IMG/VR virus record: IMGVR_UViG_2541047937_000003
Span: 1-33,630 of that record
Source of the DNA: a virus
Taxonomy: Duplodnaviria > Heunggongvirae > Uroviricota > Caudoviricetes
Length of the DNA: 33,630 bases
Reading direction: 5' to 3' (one strand)
Each line of letters begins with the position of its first letter. Position 1 is the first letter of the stretch. Shown here piece by piece: positions 1-8,793 of the stretch. Both the position numbers and the translations under genes were made by a program. Below the pieces are notes generated by a model. It had not been told where the DNA came from. It searched no databases and worked only from the letters and a program-made list of their open reading frames with translations.

Positions 1-1254
1 ATGCTGGAACAAATGGGCATTGCCGCGAAGCAAGCCTCGTATAAATTAGCGCAACTCTCCAGCCGCGAAAAAAATCGCGTGCTGGAAAAAATCGCCGATG
101 AACTGGAAGCACAAAGCGAAATCATCCTCAACGCTAACGCCCAGGATGTTGCTGACGCGCGAGCCAATGGCCTTAGCGAAGCGATGCTTGACCGTCTGGC
201 ACTGACGCCCGCACGGCTGAAAGGCATTGCCGACGATGTACGTCAGGTGTGCAACCTCGCCGATCCGGTGGGGCAGGTAATCGATGGCGGCGTACTGGAC
301 AGCGGCCTGCGTCTTGAGCGTCGTCGCGTACCGCTGGGGGTTATTGGCGTGATTTATGAAGCGCGCCCGAACGTGACGGTTGATGTCGCTTCGCTGTGCC
401 TGAAAACCGGTAATGCGGTGATCCTGCGCGGTGGCAAAGAAACGTGTCGCACTAACGCTGCAACGGTGGCGGTGATTCAGGACGCCCTGAAATCCTGCGG
501 CTTACCGGCGGGTGCCGTGCAGGCGATTGATAATCCTGACCGTGCGCTGGTCAGTGAAATGCTGCGTATGGATAAATACATCGACATGCTGATCCCGCGT
601 GGTGGCGCTGGTTTGCATAAACTGTGCCGTGAACAGTCGACAATCCCGGTGATCACAGGTGGTATAGGCGTATGCCATATTTACGTTGATGAAAGTGTAG
701 AGATCGCTGAAGCATTAAAAGTGATCGTCAACGCGAAAACTCAGCGTCCGAGCACATGTAATACGGTTGAAACGTTGCTGGTGAATAAAAACATCGCCGA
801 TAGCTTCCTGCCCGCATTAAGCAAACAAATGGCGGAAAGCGGCGTGACATTACACGCAGATGCAGCTGCACTGGCGCAGTTGCAGGCAGGCCCTGCGAAG
901 GTGGTTGCTGTTAAAGCCGAAGAGTATGACGATGAGTTTCTGTCATTAGATTTGAACGTCAAAATCGTCAGCGATCTTGACGATGCCATCGCCCATATTC
1001 GTGAACACGGCACACAACACTCCGATGCGATCCTGACCCGCGATATGCGCAACGCCCAGCGTTTTGTTAACGAAGTGGATTCGTCCGCTGTTTACGTTAA
1101 CGCCTCTACGCGTTTTACCGACGGCGGCCAGTTTGGTCTGGGTGCGGAAGTGGCGGTAAGCACACAAAAACTCCACGCGCGTGGCCCAATGGGGCTGGAA
1201 GCACTGACCACTTACAAGTGGATCGGCATTGGTGATTACACCATTCGTGCGTAA
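1..1254 (+). CDS. proA: gamma-glutamyl phosphate reductase ProA, complete 417 aa
   Basis: ORF 1..1254 translates [24 protein letters not shown]... to a TAA stop; recognised as enterobacterial ProA from memory, no search run. Window begins exactly at the ATG. Confidence 0.95.
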
Positions 1255-1368
1255 ATAAAACCGGGTGATGCAAAAGTAGCCATTTGATTCACAAGGCCAT
1301 TGACGCATCGCCCGGTTAGTTTTAACCTTGTCCACCGTGATTCACGTTCGTGAACATGTCCTTTCAGG

Positions 1369-1444
1369 GCCGATATAGCTCAGTTGGTAGAGCAGCGCAT
1401 TCGTAATGCGAAGGTCGTAGGTTCGACTCCTATTATCGGCACCA
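1369..1444 (+). tRNA. thrW: tRNA-Thr (anticodon CGU), 76 nt with CCA end
   Basis: GCCGATATAGCTCAGTTGGTAGAGCAGCGCATTCGTAATGCGAAGGTCGTAGGTTCGACTCCTATTATCGGCACCA folds as a cloverleaf (7-bp acceptor stem, GTTCGACTCC T-arm, anticodon loop TTCGTAA). An integrase gene starts 15 nt downstream, the usual attL arrangement. Confidence 0.93.
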
Positions 1445-1458
1445 TTAAAATCAATAAG

Positions 1459-2622
1459 TTACACATCATTAGTACCTTCCTTATTTTTTGACTGGGACAA
1501 ATTTGGGACCGATGGGTTCAGGATCGAGTCTATTTGCCGTGCGTGTTCGGTAAGGTGATTAGGTGCAAGGTGAGCATATCGACGAACCATTTCGATAGAC
1601 TCCCAGCCTCCCATTTCCTGTAACACTGACAACGGGACTCCGGCTTGAACCAGCCAACTTGCCCAGGTGTGTCTCAAGTCGTGAAATCTGAAATCATCAA
1701 TACCAGCCCGTCTCAGCGCCGCTTTCCAGGCTGTGTTTGCGTCATACCGCATCTTCCTTACTGTTGGCGCTTTCGTTCCGTCTGGTTTGGTACAGCTTTC
1801 CTTGTACACAAATACCCAACGGTGATGATTCCCGATTTGTTTTTTCAATACGCGACATGCAGTATCATTCAGCGCAACGCCAATTGCGCGGTTTGATTTA
1901 CTCTCTTCCGGGTTTATCCATGCCACCCGGCGCTGCATATCTATTTGTTGCCATTCAAGGTTGATGATGTTCGAGCGTCTTAAGCCTGTTGCCAGTGCAA
2001 ATTCAACAACAGACTTTAATGGCTCCGGACATTCATCAATCAGCCTTTGTGCTTCATGGGGCTCCAGCCAGCGGATCCGTTTATTCTTTGGTTGAGGCAC
2101 TTTAATAATTGGTGCCTTATCCAGCATTTTCCATTCACGCTCTGCGGCTCTTAGTAGGGCCTTTATAAATGAAAGATGCGTAGCCTTCGTTGCAACGGAC
2201 GCTGGTTTTGGCGTGTATTCTGGAACAGGTTTCCCTTTTTTTCTGCATGCTTCTGCCCTGAGTTTCCAGTTTTCCTCATGACGCCGGTTTGTCATTTTCT
2301 GCATTGCTGAATAAATTTTTGATTCAGTAATGTCTCTTAGTTGCATTCCTGCGAAATGTTGAAGCCAGAATCCGATCCGGCTTTTGTCATCGTCCAGTGA
2401 TTTTTTATGTGCTTTCTCTTCAAGCCACCTGACACACGCTTCCTCGAACGTTATATCAGGTATTTCACCAAGTTTGCTGACCCGCCATGCTTCAGCCTTT
2501 AGCTTGTCATGGAGTTCTGTCGCCTGCCTTTTGTCCTTTGTTCCAAGAGACTGTTTAAATCTTTTACCGTTCGGCAATGTGAAACTGGCGTACCATATTT
2601 CACCTCTGCGGAAGAGTGACAT
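1459..2622 (-). CDS. phage integrase, tyrosine recombinase (387 aa)
   Basis: C-terminal [39 protein letters not shown] is the tyrosine-recombinase catalytic box; directly adjacent to the tRNA; GAGGAAAG RBS upstream of the ATG. Confidence 0.9.
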   Translation of the reverse strand: MSLFRRGEIWYASFTLPNGKRFKQSLGTKDKRQATELHDKLKAEAWRVSKLGEIPDITFEEACVRWLEEKAHKKSLDDDKSRIGFWLQHFAGMQLRDITESKIYSAMQKMTNRRHEENWKLRAEACRKKGKPVPEYTPKPASVATKATHLSFIKALLRAAEREWKMLDKAPIIKVPQPKNKRIRWLEPHEAQRLIDECPEPLKSVVEFALATGLRRSNIINLEWQQIDMQRRVAWINPEESKSNRAIGVALNDTACRVLKKQIGNHHRWVFVYKESCTKPDGTKAPTVRKMRYDANTAWKAALRRAGIDDFRFHDLRHTWASWLVQAGVPLSVLQEMGGWESIEMVRRYAHLAPNHLTEHARQIDSILNPSVPNLSQSKNKEGTNDV

Positions 2623-2849
2623 TTTCTTTCCTCTGTTATGCCATCACCCGCGCTCACCTGGACAGTATGCAGCGGAGACTGAAGAGCCGCAATGCAGGCT
2701 TGTCGTGTTGTGAGGTAAGGAGATTTATTCTTAGTGGGATCTTTGCGTGTTGCCTGAAGACGCCCCGTGCGTATCCAGTTAATGGCAGTCGGTCTGGATA
2801 TCTTGAGAAAATGACAGGCCTCATCGAGTGTGAGGCTGTATGGCTCCAT
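2499..2849 (-). CDS. AlpA/Xis-like excisionase, HTH DNA-binding protein
   Basis: Start chosen at internal ATG ([32 protein letters not shown]...) which overlaps the upstream stop (TAATG). The 3' 124 nt overlap the integrase start, so the true C-terminus is uncertain. Confidence 0.6.
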   Translation of the reverse strand: MEPYSLTLDEACHFLKISRPTAINWIRTGRLQATRKDPTKNKSPYLTTRQACIAALQSPLHTVQVSAGDGITEERKCHSSAEVKYGTPVSHCRTVKDLNSLLEQRTKGRRQNSMTS

Positions 2850-3154
2850 TATTTCACCTCTTGTTGTGACATTGTTGAAAAATGGATACCTGCTCGTTGC
2901 TGCCAGACGATCCAACCGAGAGTCATATCCCATGCCATGTATTCGTTATCGCCGTTTTTTGCTCTCCGACGATCTACTAAGTCACCGAAACGCTTTTCCA
3001 TGAATAATTCATAAGCTTCGCGTTCATCTGGTTCTACTTCCAGAGATAGGAGTGCGATTTCATAAGCACGGCGCTCAATATCGTCTCGCACGTCAAGGCT
3101 GCTGATACGCTCTTTAATTTCTTTAATCAGTTCTTTGTCGGTAAAAGTGGTCAT
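2849..3154 (-). CDS. hypothetical early-left protein, 101 aa (YfdT-like by length and position)
   Basis: ORF with translationally coupled neighbours on both sides; charged helical sequence; family assignment from memory only. Confidence 0.55.
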   Translation of the reverse strand: MTTFTDKELIKEIKERISSLDVRDDIERRAYEIALLSLEVEPDEREAYELFMEKRFGDLVDRRRAKNGDNEYMAWDMTLGWIVWQQRAGIHFSTMSQQEVK

Positions 3155-3516
3155 TATGCTCCAGCCTCCGGTGCTTTTGGCATTACTGCCCAGTGAGTGA
3201 TATTGACGTTTTCAAGGTCCCCGACCTGAAATGTCCACTGCCATTCTCCGGTTTCTTTTTGTCCCCAGGTGTACCAGAGAGAACGCCAGCCAATTAGCCA
3301 GCCTTCTCCGTTAGCATCGAATAACAAAACACTTTCATTTGCTGGTGGCAGTTCAGTTGACACTGGTATTACTTTGTTTTCCTGTGCTGCACATTTAGCT
3401 TCAAGCGCATCGAATTTACGCACCAGGTATTCAGCATCTGTTTCATTCACTTTCAGATCTCGCGGTACACATCTCCCACGAAGAAACCCTTCCATTTCGA
3501 AAACATTCATGCGCAT
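3154..3516 (-). CDS. DUF551-like protein, 120 aa (YfdS-like)
   Basis: Trp-rich C-terminal segment (WRSLWYTWGQKETGEWQWTF...THWAVMPKAPE) resembles DUF551; start and stop overlap neighbouring genes. Confidence 0.55.
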   Translation of the reverse strand: MRMNVFEMEGFLRGRCVPRDLKVNETDAEYLVRKFDALEAKCAAQENKVIPVSTELPPANESVLLFDANGEGWLIGWRSLWYTWGQKETGEWQWTFQVGDLENVNITHWAVMPKAPEAGA

Positions 3517-4043
3517 TTGCGTAACTCCGATAACTCGTTAAAACGTTCCATAAACATCCCGTAGGCATGGCCCGGTGCCTGTGGAATCACTTTGAACATC
3601 TCTGTTGCCGGGATACCTTCCAGTACAGGCCAGAAAGAGCCATCATCAAGCCCGAGATCGCGGCGTTCGGTTGCCAGCATAATGAGATCGGCATATTTCA
3701 CTGGCGTGCTCATAACAGGAGGTAACCCGTATTTCTCACGGATTACGGCGTCTATTTTTTCTTCCATCCGTTTATAGTCAGGAAGAAGTCGTTTCAGTGG
3801 TGCGGGGATGTCCTGGCAATATGCTTCTGTTGCATCATGCATTAAAGCTTCAAAAGCAAATTCCTGTGGCACCAGCTGGCTGCAAAGCACCGCATGTTGG
3901 GCGACACTGTAGAAGTGTGAAAGATGTCCTGCAAAGCGACAGATATTTGAAAGGGAAATCGCGATATCGTTAATAACGATGTCGTCTTTATTTATCCTGT
4001 CATAATAAAAATGCTTCCCGGAAAAAGTTTTAATAAATGACAT
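3507..4043 (-). CDS. HD-domain phosphohydrolase, 178 aa (YfdR-like 5'-deoxynucleotidase)
   Basis: HD-type metal-binding motifs (...AQHAVLCSQL..., ...ALMHDATEAYCQDIP...). Start set at second ATG (MSFIKTF), which has a GGAGA RBS; the track ORF begins 27 nt further upstream. Confidence 0.65.
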   Translation of the reverse strand: MSFIKTFSGKHFYYDRINKDDIVINDIAISLSNICRFAGHLSHFYSVAQHAVLCSQLVPQEFAFEALMHDATEAYCQDIPAPLKRLLPDYKRMEEKIDAVIREKYGLPPVMSTPVKYADLIMLATERRDLGLDDGSFWPVLEGIPATEMFKVIPQAPGHAYGMFMERFNELSELRKCA

Positions 4044-4136
4044 TTTGTTCTCCACGTATATGCGCTGCACCGCGCTGAGTTTGGGTAAAAGGAAGCCCTC
4101 ACCATCCGGTGATTATTGAGTTAATTACGTTTCCAT

Positions 4137-4158
4137 AAATGCCCCCGCAGGGGCATTT
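4137..4158 (-). terminator. GC-rich hairpin between the YfdQ-like and YfdR-like genes (possible attenuator or RNA stability element)
   Basis: AAATGCCCC-cgca-GGGGCATTT, perfect 9-bp stem; only a weak T tract follows on the minus strand. Confidence 0.25.
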
Positions 4159-4170
4159 GCAGTAATGAAA

Positions 4171-4995
4171 TCAGGCGGTGAAAGTACCAATAAAGGTTTC
4201 TACTTTGCTGTCTTTGAATTTCTCAACAAGCAGATCACGAAATTCGTTAGCCATATCTTCCTGCACTGCTTCCAGCTGAATAATGCGCAGAACCAGTACA
4301 GGACGATCGCCAGTGATAATGCTGAGGCGTAATTTAAACGGACGTTCTTTCAGACCTTCAAACGGAACGCATTTAAATTCAAATGCCACTGGCATAATGT
4401 CTTTGGTCTTCGCTTCGACAGATTCCATCAGGGAGCGTTTGCCGCTGAAGTCATTATCTTCAAAATCAGCGGTCTGGTTTGCTTCAATCGTGATTTTACG
4501 GATTGCCGCAGCCGCTTTTGTTGCCTGAATGGCGTCACCATTAGCATCAAAGCCCACAAGGTAGTCGGCCCAGTCTTCAATCCATTCTGCCAGTGACTTC
4601 TGGGAGTTACGCTCGCCGTTAACAGACAACAGAGCAGAGAACGGTGCTGTCTTTTTCAGTTTGAGTGTGGCGGTGTTATCTGCGTGACCTGGTTCATCAA
4701 TAGTACCCAGGTTAAGCACACTGACGGCACGCATATTATCAGCATCGATAAAGCAGCGGGTGCCTTCATCTGCAAGATCTTTAGAATAACGGGTAAAGTC
4801 ATCGATGCTGGCAGTGGAAAGCGCACCACGGAAACGGAAGCGATTTAAATTAAATTTTTCCAGATCATGAATGCGGAAATTCTCAGGCAATGCCACAGCA
4901 TCGGCACCAATCTTACTGATAATTTCATTAACACCCTGAGCAGAAATAAGGGCATGGATTTGATTAATTGCGGTTGCGTCTAAGTTCTGAGACAT
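4171..4995 (-). CDS. YfdQ-like protein (DUF2303 family), 274 aa
   Basis: Complete ORF, typical codon usage, same length as YfdQ of CPS-53; family from memory, not verified. Confidence 0.6.
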
Positions 4996-5060
4996 AATAA
5001 GTCCTCACTATATAAAGATATTCAGTGATGAGATAAATAATCAGTTAATTAAAAACGATA

Positions 5061-5423
5061 TTAACGACCTGCTGCGCGGAGTTTTCCGTCAGGTTCACCG
5101 GCAAGAGTCAGCAACTGTCCCTGGTCTTCCTGCAGAATAGTCAGGCGACCACCGCGATTGACATACATCGGCGTTTCGGTGGTGTCTTCTTCGGAAATTT
5201 TCCCGCGGTTAGTCGGGCGAACATATGAGAGTTTGTGTTTGATTTTCACTCGGTTCTCATCAAACGGTTCGATTTCCAGGTTGAGCGAGACCTTACCTTT
5301 GGTTTTCGTGTTCATCACACCGGAAGCGACTTCACTGAGAACTGCGCCGATTTTGGTTTCAAATACGCCGCCGTCCAGCTCCCCGATAAATGCCTGCACA
5401 TCAGTACTGCGTTCGCTAGCCAT
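5061..5423 (-). CDS. hypothetical protein, 120 aa (YfdP-like), first gene of the early-left cluster
   Basis: Start set at ATG preceded by GAGGAG RBS (MASERSTDVQAFIGELDGG...); the longer 226-aa track ORF runs into GC-rich non-coding DNA. Confidence 0.6.
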   Translation of the reverse strand: MASERSTDVQAFIGELDGGVFETKIGAVLSEVASGVMNTKTKGKVSLNLEIEPFDENRVKIKHKLSYVRPTNRGKISEEDTTETPMYVNRGGRLTILQEDQGQLLTLAGEPDGKLRAAGR

Positions 5424-5891
5424 TTTGCTGCTCCTCATCATATCGACCCTGCAAGGTCGGTTAGTTTCTCCACAAAACAGAGAAGAACACCTGCGGTGGC
5501 TGCCGCCCGGATGGATTGGGTTATGAGCCCGTCGTCCGGTGATGCTCTTCTCTGTTTTGTAAAAAGGACGGTACCAGCCGGAAGCAAGGGTACAAGCTGG
5601 TACCGCCAAGACTACACACAGCATAAAGTTGTGGTGCCGGGTGCCTCCCGGTGCCTGGCGAAGGTTGCACACCAGGCGGGTGGGTATCCACAGAAGGTCG
5701 ACTGTCAGCCTCAACCTTAACCCGCGTGCGCTGAGCCGCATTCACCACAACGCTAAGGATTCTCTCTGGTTGAAAATACTTAGCTGTTATGTGCCTGCTT
5801 TTAGCCACATCAGGCGAGGTGGACCTAGTTATTCCCCAACAACAAGGATTCGGTTAATCTGGTTATCCCCAACAACGCAAAAGGAAAAGAA

Positions 5892-6326
5892 ATGTCCGGT
5901 AATATCTATACGCTGTACAAATCCCACTGTGAAAATGTTGGAAAGTATCGGGGCATTGAAATCAGTGGGGTAGTGTCATCAGTCGAAATAAGCAAAGTTG
6001 AATCAAGGGCAACATTACTTACTCTTCTGGACCTTGTCTTACATGAGCACCGGAAGAAATTCGGCACTCCCTATAATCAGTTGAATGGGAAAAAGGCTCT
6101 GGTTCACCTTATTCTGATGAAGCATCACTGGATGCCAAAACAGATTAATGAGATGAAATTTGATGAACTTCTTCTTTCAATTCAGGATGAACTCACACTT
6201 GATAAAATAAGCGTAACCGCCCAGAAATTTTTAGATTATCGAGACTGGAGATCACAAATTCATCACTTTGATGATTTTGACGAAAATGAATGGGATCCTA
6301 ATTTGTCTGCACAATATCTAAAGTAA
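5892..6326 (+). CDS. AT-rich accessory protein, 144 aa, unknown function
   Basis: ORF with AAGGAAAAG RBS; visibly lower GC than neighbours; strand opposite to the surrounding early-left genes; own intrinsic terminator at 6562..6590. Confidence 0.6.
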   Translation: MSGNIYTLYKSHCENVGKYRGIEISGVVSSVEISKVESRATLLTLLDLVLHEHRKKFGTPYNQLNGKKALVHLILMKHHWMPKQINEMKFDELLLSIQDELTLDKISVTAQKFLDYRDWRSQIHHFDDFDENEWDPNLSAQYLK

Positions 6327-6504
6327 CATCCTGTGATAAAACCGTGATTTCCTGATCCAGTTTTTTTAAGGAGTCTATTGTTTCCTGTCGATAAGACAGC
6401 ACTTCACGAAGCTGGTTTATAGCTGCCAGCTTCTTTGTCATCCACTCATAAATTTCCTCATCTGTGTAGCCAGGCGCGACGATTTTGGGTTCTGTTTTGT
6501 GCAT
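6298..6504 (-). CDS. small hypothetical protein, 68 aa, convergent with and overlapping the 144-aa gene
   Basis: ATG with GAGGAG RBS 9 nt upstream (MHKTEPKIVAPGYTDEEIYEW...); first ORF downstream of the OL operators. Confidence 0.45.
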   Translation of the reverse strand: MHKTEPKIVAPGYTDEEIYEWMTKKLAAINQLREVLSYRQETIDSLKKLDQEITVLSQDVTLDIVQTN

Positions 6505-6561
6505 TTCACATCTCCTCAAGTTATCAGTTACTTGTTGATGGGGACCAGATTGTTAAAGAGC

Positions 6562-6590
6562 TAAGCGTCCTGTAGGGCGCTTTTTTGTTG
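6562..6590 (+). terminator. rho-independent terminator
   Basis: AGCGTCC-tgta-GGGCGCT stem (one G-U pair) followed by TTTTTTG. Confidence 0.6.
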
Positions 6591-6752
6591 CTAACGAATC
6601 ATCCTGGACTTCATATGCCCCAGGCGGCTACTTCGTGGGCGTCCTGCCTGTTCGTTTTTGACATTTACTGACTGCTTACGACACATGCACCGTGTTGCAA
6701 CCAGATTTTGTTGTAATCCTGTAGTTGGTCTGGAACAAAAGATAAAATTAAA

Positions 6753-6789
6753 TTGCGAGATATGCAAGTGGTATTTGCGAGATATGCAA
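6753..6789. promoter_or_regulatory. two tandem 15-bp operator copies (OL-like), TTGCGAGATATGCAA at 6753..6767 and 6775..6789
   Basis: Identical 15-mers with palindromic TTGCG...GCAA ends, 22-bp centre-to-centre, just beyond the cI terminator; a third related copy is at 7557..7571 between cI and cro. Confidence 0.6.
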
Positions 6790-6799
6790 ATTTATAGGT

Positions 6800-6825
6800 A
6801 ATAAAAAGCCACCTTTCGGTGGCCG
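6800..6825 (-). terminator. rho-independent terminator of the cI-like gene
   Basis: GCCACC-tttc-GGTGGC hairpin (6808..6823) followed on the minus strand by TTTTTAT; lies 20 nt after the cI stop. Confidence 0.7.
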
Positions 6826-6843
6826 ATGGATGGGATATTGAGG

Positions 6844-7536
6844 TTAATTATGTCTCTTAAGGGTTTGCGACTGACTGATTAAGACCTTTCCAAAGACCAT
6901 GAATCGGTGTTCGTTTTCGCTAGTAATTCCCCATTCACGGTAAATCTGGTTATCAGAAATCACCAGCAGTTTGTCAGGAATCATTTGAAGTCTTTTAACG
7001 TATATTTTGTCATCAAAACCAAAGACATATATACCATCACCATCAAACTGATTGATGCTGACATCAACGAAGATGAGATCTCCTGGCTCAATGGTTGGAC
7101 ACATACTGTCCCCACGAACGTTGATAACTTTGATGTGATTGGCTGGTCGTCCGCCGAACATTGATACAGCATTATCAGTTCTGTATTCGATGGCATGAAT
7201 CACATCAATGACATCACCGCCCTGGATAAGGCCATTTCCCGCACTGGCACTGATATCCAGCATTTCAATACGGAACACATCCTTCACCTGCGCAACATCC
7301 TCATTATTACTGTTTTTATATACAGTATTACTTTTGTGGGCAGAGGTAAAGAGATCAGCAATATCAACACCTAAGCTCTTGGCAATATTACTCAGTGTTT
7401 GTTCGGTAAATTGTTTTTGCTTACCCGTTTCTAAGCGCGAGATGTTCGCCGCATCTACTCCTATCGCTTCAGCGAGATCGGCGATTTTCATGTTCTTCGC
7501 TTGGCGAAGTTGTCTGACTCGGTTTCCTATGTTCAT
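6844..7536 (-). CDS. cI-type repressor, N-terminal HTH plus C-terminal S24 LexA-like peptidase domain (230 aa)
   Basis: N-terminus MNIGNRVRQLRQAKNMKIADLAEAIGVDAANISRLETGKQ (HTH); C-terminus GDSMCPTIEPGDLIFVD...YVKRLQ (Ser/Lys dyad); divergent from a cro-like gene. Confidence 0.85.
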   Translation of the reverse strand: MNIGNRVRQLRQAKNMKIADLAEAIGVDAANISRLETGKQKQFTEQTLSNIAKSLGVDIADLFTSAHKSNTVYKNSNNEDVAQVKDVFRIEMLDISASAGNGLIQGGDVIDVIHAIEYRTDNAVSMFGGRPANHIKVINVRGDSMCPTIEPGDLIFVDVSINQFDGDGIYVFGFDDKIYVKRLQMIPDKLLVISDNQIYREWGITSENEHRFMVFGKVLISQSQTLKRHN

Positions 7537-7633
7537 GCGTTTATTACATTTCTTTATTGCGTGATAAGCAAATCAACTTGCGCAAAATAATTGCGTGAAA
7601 TAACATGCATAACGCGCAATATTTGGAGGGCGT
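7537..7633. promoter_or_regulatory. divergent cI/cro promoter-operator region (OR/PR/PRM equivalent)
   Basis: Contains TTGCGTGATAAGCAA (7557..7571), palindromic TTGCGCAA (7578..7585) and further TTGCG/CGCAA half-sites; candidate PR -35 TTGCGC (7578..7583) and -10 TAACAT (7601..7606) with 17-bp spacer; GGAGGG RBS before cro. Confidence 0.6.
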
Positions 7634-7894
7634 ATGCAATCACCATTACGAAATGTGCGTAAGGCGCATGGTTTCACTTTGCAGCATGTTGCTGCGGGTG
7701 TTCAAGTCAATCCAGCGACGTTGAGTCGTATTGAGAGGCTGGAGCAGATTCCATCTATCGAGCTTGCAGAACGTTTAGCCAATTTTTTTAAGGGTGAAGT
7801 CAGCGAAATGCAGATTCTTTATCCGGCACGTTTTCAATCTAGCCAAAACCAGAATGGGTTTAAACCACAGGAACAGGAGGTGAACCGTGGGTAA
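7634..7894 (+). CDS. Cro-like HTH regulator, 86 aa
   Basis: HTH segment FTLQHVAAGVQVNPATLSRIERLEQIPSIELAERLANFF; divergent from the cI-like gene. Confidence 0.7.
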   Translation: MQSPLRNVRKAHGFTLQHVAAGVQVNPATLSRIERLEQIPSIELAERLANFFKGEVSEMQILYPARFQSSQNQNGFKPQEQEVNRG

Positions 7895-8438
7895 GCATCA
7901 CTGGAAAGTAGAAAAACAGCCTGAGTGGTACGTGAAAGCTGTCAGAAAAACTATCGCAGCGTTGCCGGGGGGGTACGCTGAAGCTGCTGACTGGCTGGAT
8001 GTAACAGAGAACGCATTATTTAACCGCCTTCGTGCCGATGGCGATCAGATTTTCCCGCTGGGATGGGCAATGATTTTGCAACGTGCTGGTGGAACTCACT
8101 TCATTGCTGACGCTGTGGCGCAGTCTGCAAATGGCGTCTTTGTGTCTCTTCCTGATGTCGAGGATGTGGACAACGCCGATATCAACCAACGCCTGCTGGA
8201 GGTCATTGAACAGATCGGCAGTTATTCAAAACAGATTCGTTCAGCAATTGAAGACGGTGTAGTGGAACCGCATGAGAAGACAGCAATTAACGACGAGCTG
8301 TACCTCTCAATTTCGAAGCTGCAGGAGCATGCAGCACTGGTCTACAAAATTTTTTGCATTTCAGAAAGTAATGACGCCCGCGAGTGTGCAGCTCTGGGCG
8401 CCGTGGCGTGTCGTGACTGTGGAGAAACTAACGCATGA
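7887..8438 (+). CDS. hypothetical early-right protein, 183 aa (possibly CII-like or YdaT-like regulator)
   Basis: Start overlaps cro stop; C-terminal Cys cluster ([14 protein letters not shown]); family not recognised with confidence. Confidence 0.5.
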   Translation: MGKHHWKVEKQPEWYVKAVRKTIAALPGGYAEAADWLDVTENALFNRLRADGDQIFPLGWAMILQRAGGTHFIADAVAQSANGVFVSLPDVEDVDNADINQRLLEVIEQIGSYSKQIRSAIEDGVVEPHEKTAINDELYLSISKLQEHAALVYKIFCISESNDARECAALGAVACRDCGETNA

Positions 8439-8793
8439 ACAGTTTAACAACACACTACCGTCGCTCGCAACTGATTGCGCTTCCTGTACCGGGTGGAAAA
8501 GCGAAGGTGGAGTATTGCTATGCAGTAAATGTACCAGGTGGCAGGGTAATTGTAACCCACAGCTTTGCAGAGTGGGCTGTGGGTGATTTTAACCGGCAAA
8601 AGGAGACAGTCCTTTGCGACAAGTTAACCGCTGGTTCAAAGATCACTACGGAGTACCCGTCAGAGTCATTCGTTGGGAGCCGGAAACACAACGGGTTATC
8701 TACCTCCGTGAAGGCTATGAGCATGAGTGCTTCAGCCCGCTCGAACAGTTTCGTCGTAAATTCAGGGAAATAGAGGTCGGTCATGAGCACTAA
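8435..8793 (+). pseudogene. hypothetical gene with apparent frame change: protein-like N-terminal part in one frame (8435..about 8610), protein-like C-terminal part in another (8614..8793)
   Basis: Track ORF 8435..8773 has a plausible first 59 aa then S/T-rich low-complexity tail; the other frame from TTG 8614 (AAGGAG-like RBS GGAGA at 8602..8606) gives [59 protein letters not shown] and ends overlapping the O-like start. Confidence 0.35.

Noticed and set aside
741-1335. Minus-strand ORFs 741..1052 and 946..1335 inside and just after proA
   Set aside because: Antisense to a well-supported complete proA; no RBS; typical shadow ORFs.
1258-1354. Inverted repeats between proA and thrW (ACCGGGTGATGC...GCATCGCCCGGT; TTCACG-TT-CGTGAA at 1341..1354)
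   Set aside because: Probably an ordinary chromosomal terminator or operator in the proA-thrW intergenic region; not part of the prophage.
1645-1964. Plus-strand ORFs 1645..1896 and 1737..1964
   Set aside because: Lie entirely within the integrase gene on the opposite strand; low-complexity translations.
5061-5741. Long 226-aa form of ORF 5061..5741
   Set aside because: The N-terminal 106 codons run through GC-rich structured DNA and have no RBS; the internal ATG at 5423 has a GAGGAG RBS and gives a 120-aa product.
5158-5973. ORFs 5158..5526, 5235..5720, 5521..5808 and 5629..5973 across the GC-rich island
   Set aside because: Mutually overlapping, Arg/Pro/Gly-rich translations without RBS; GC-rich DNA tends to be stop-codon-poor.
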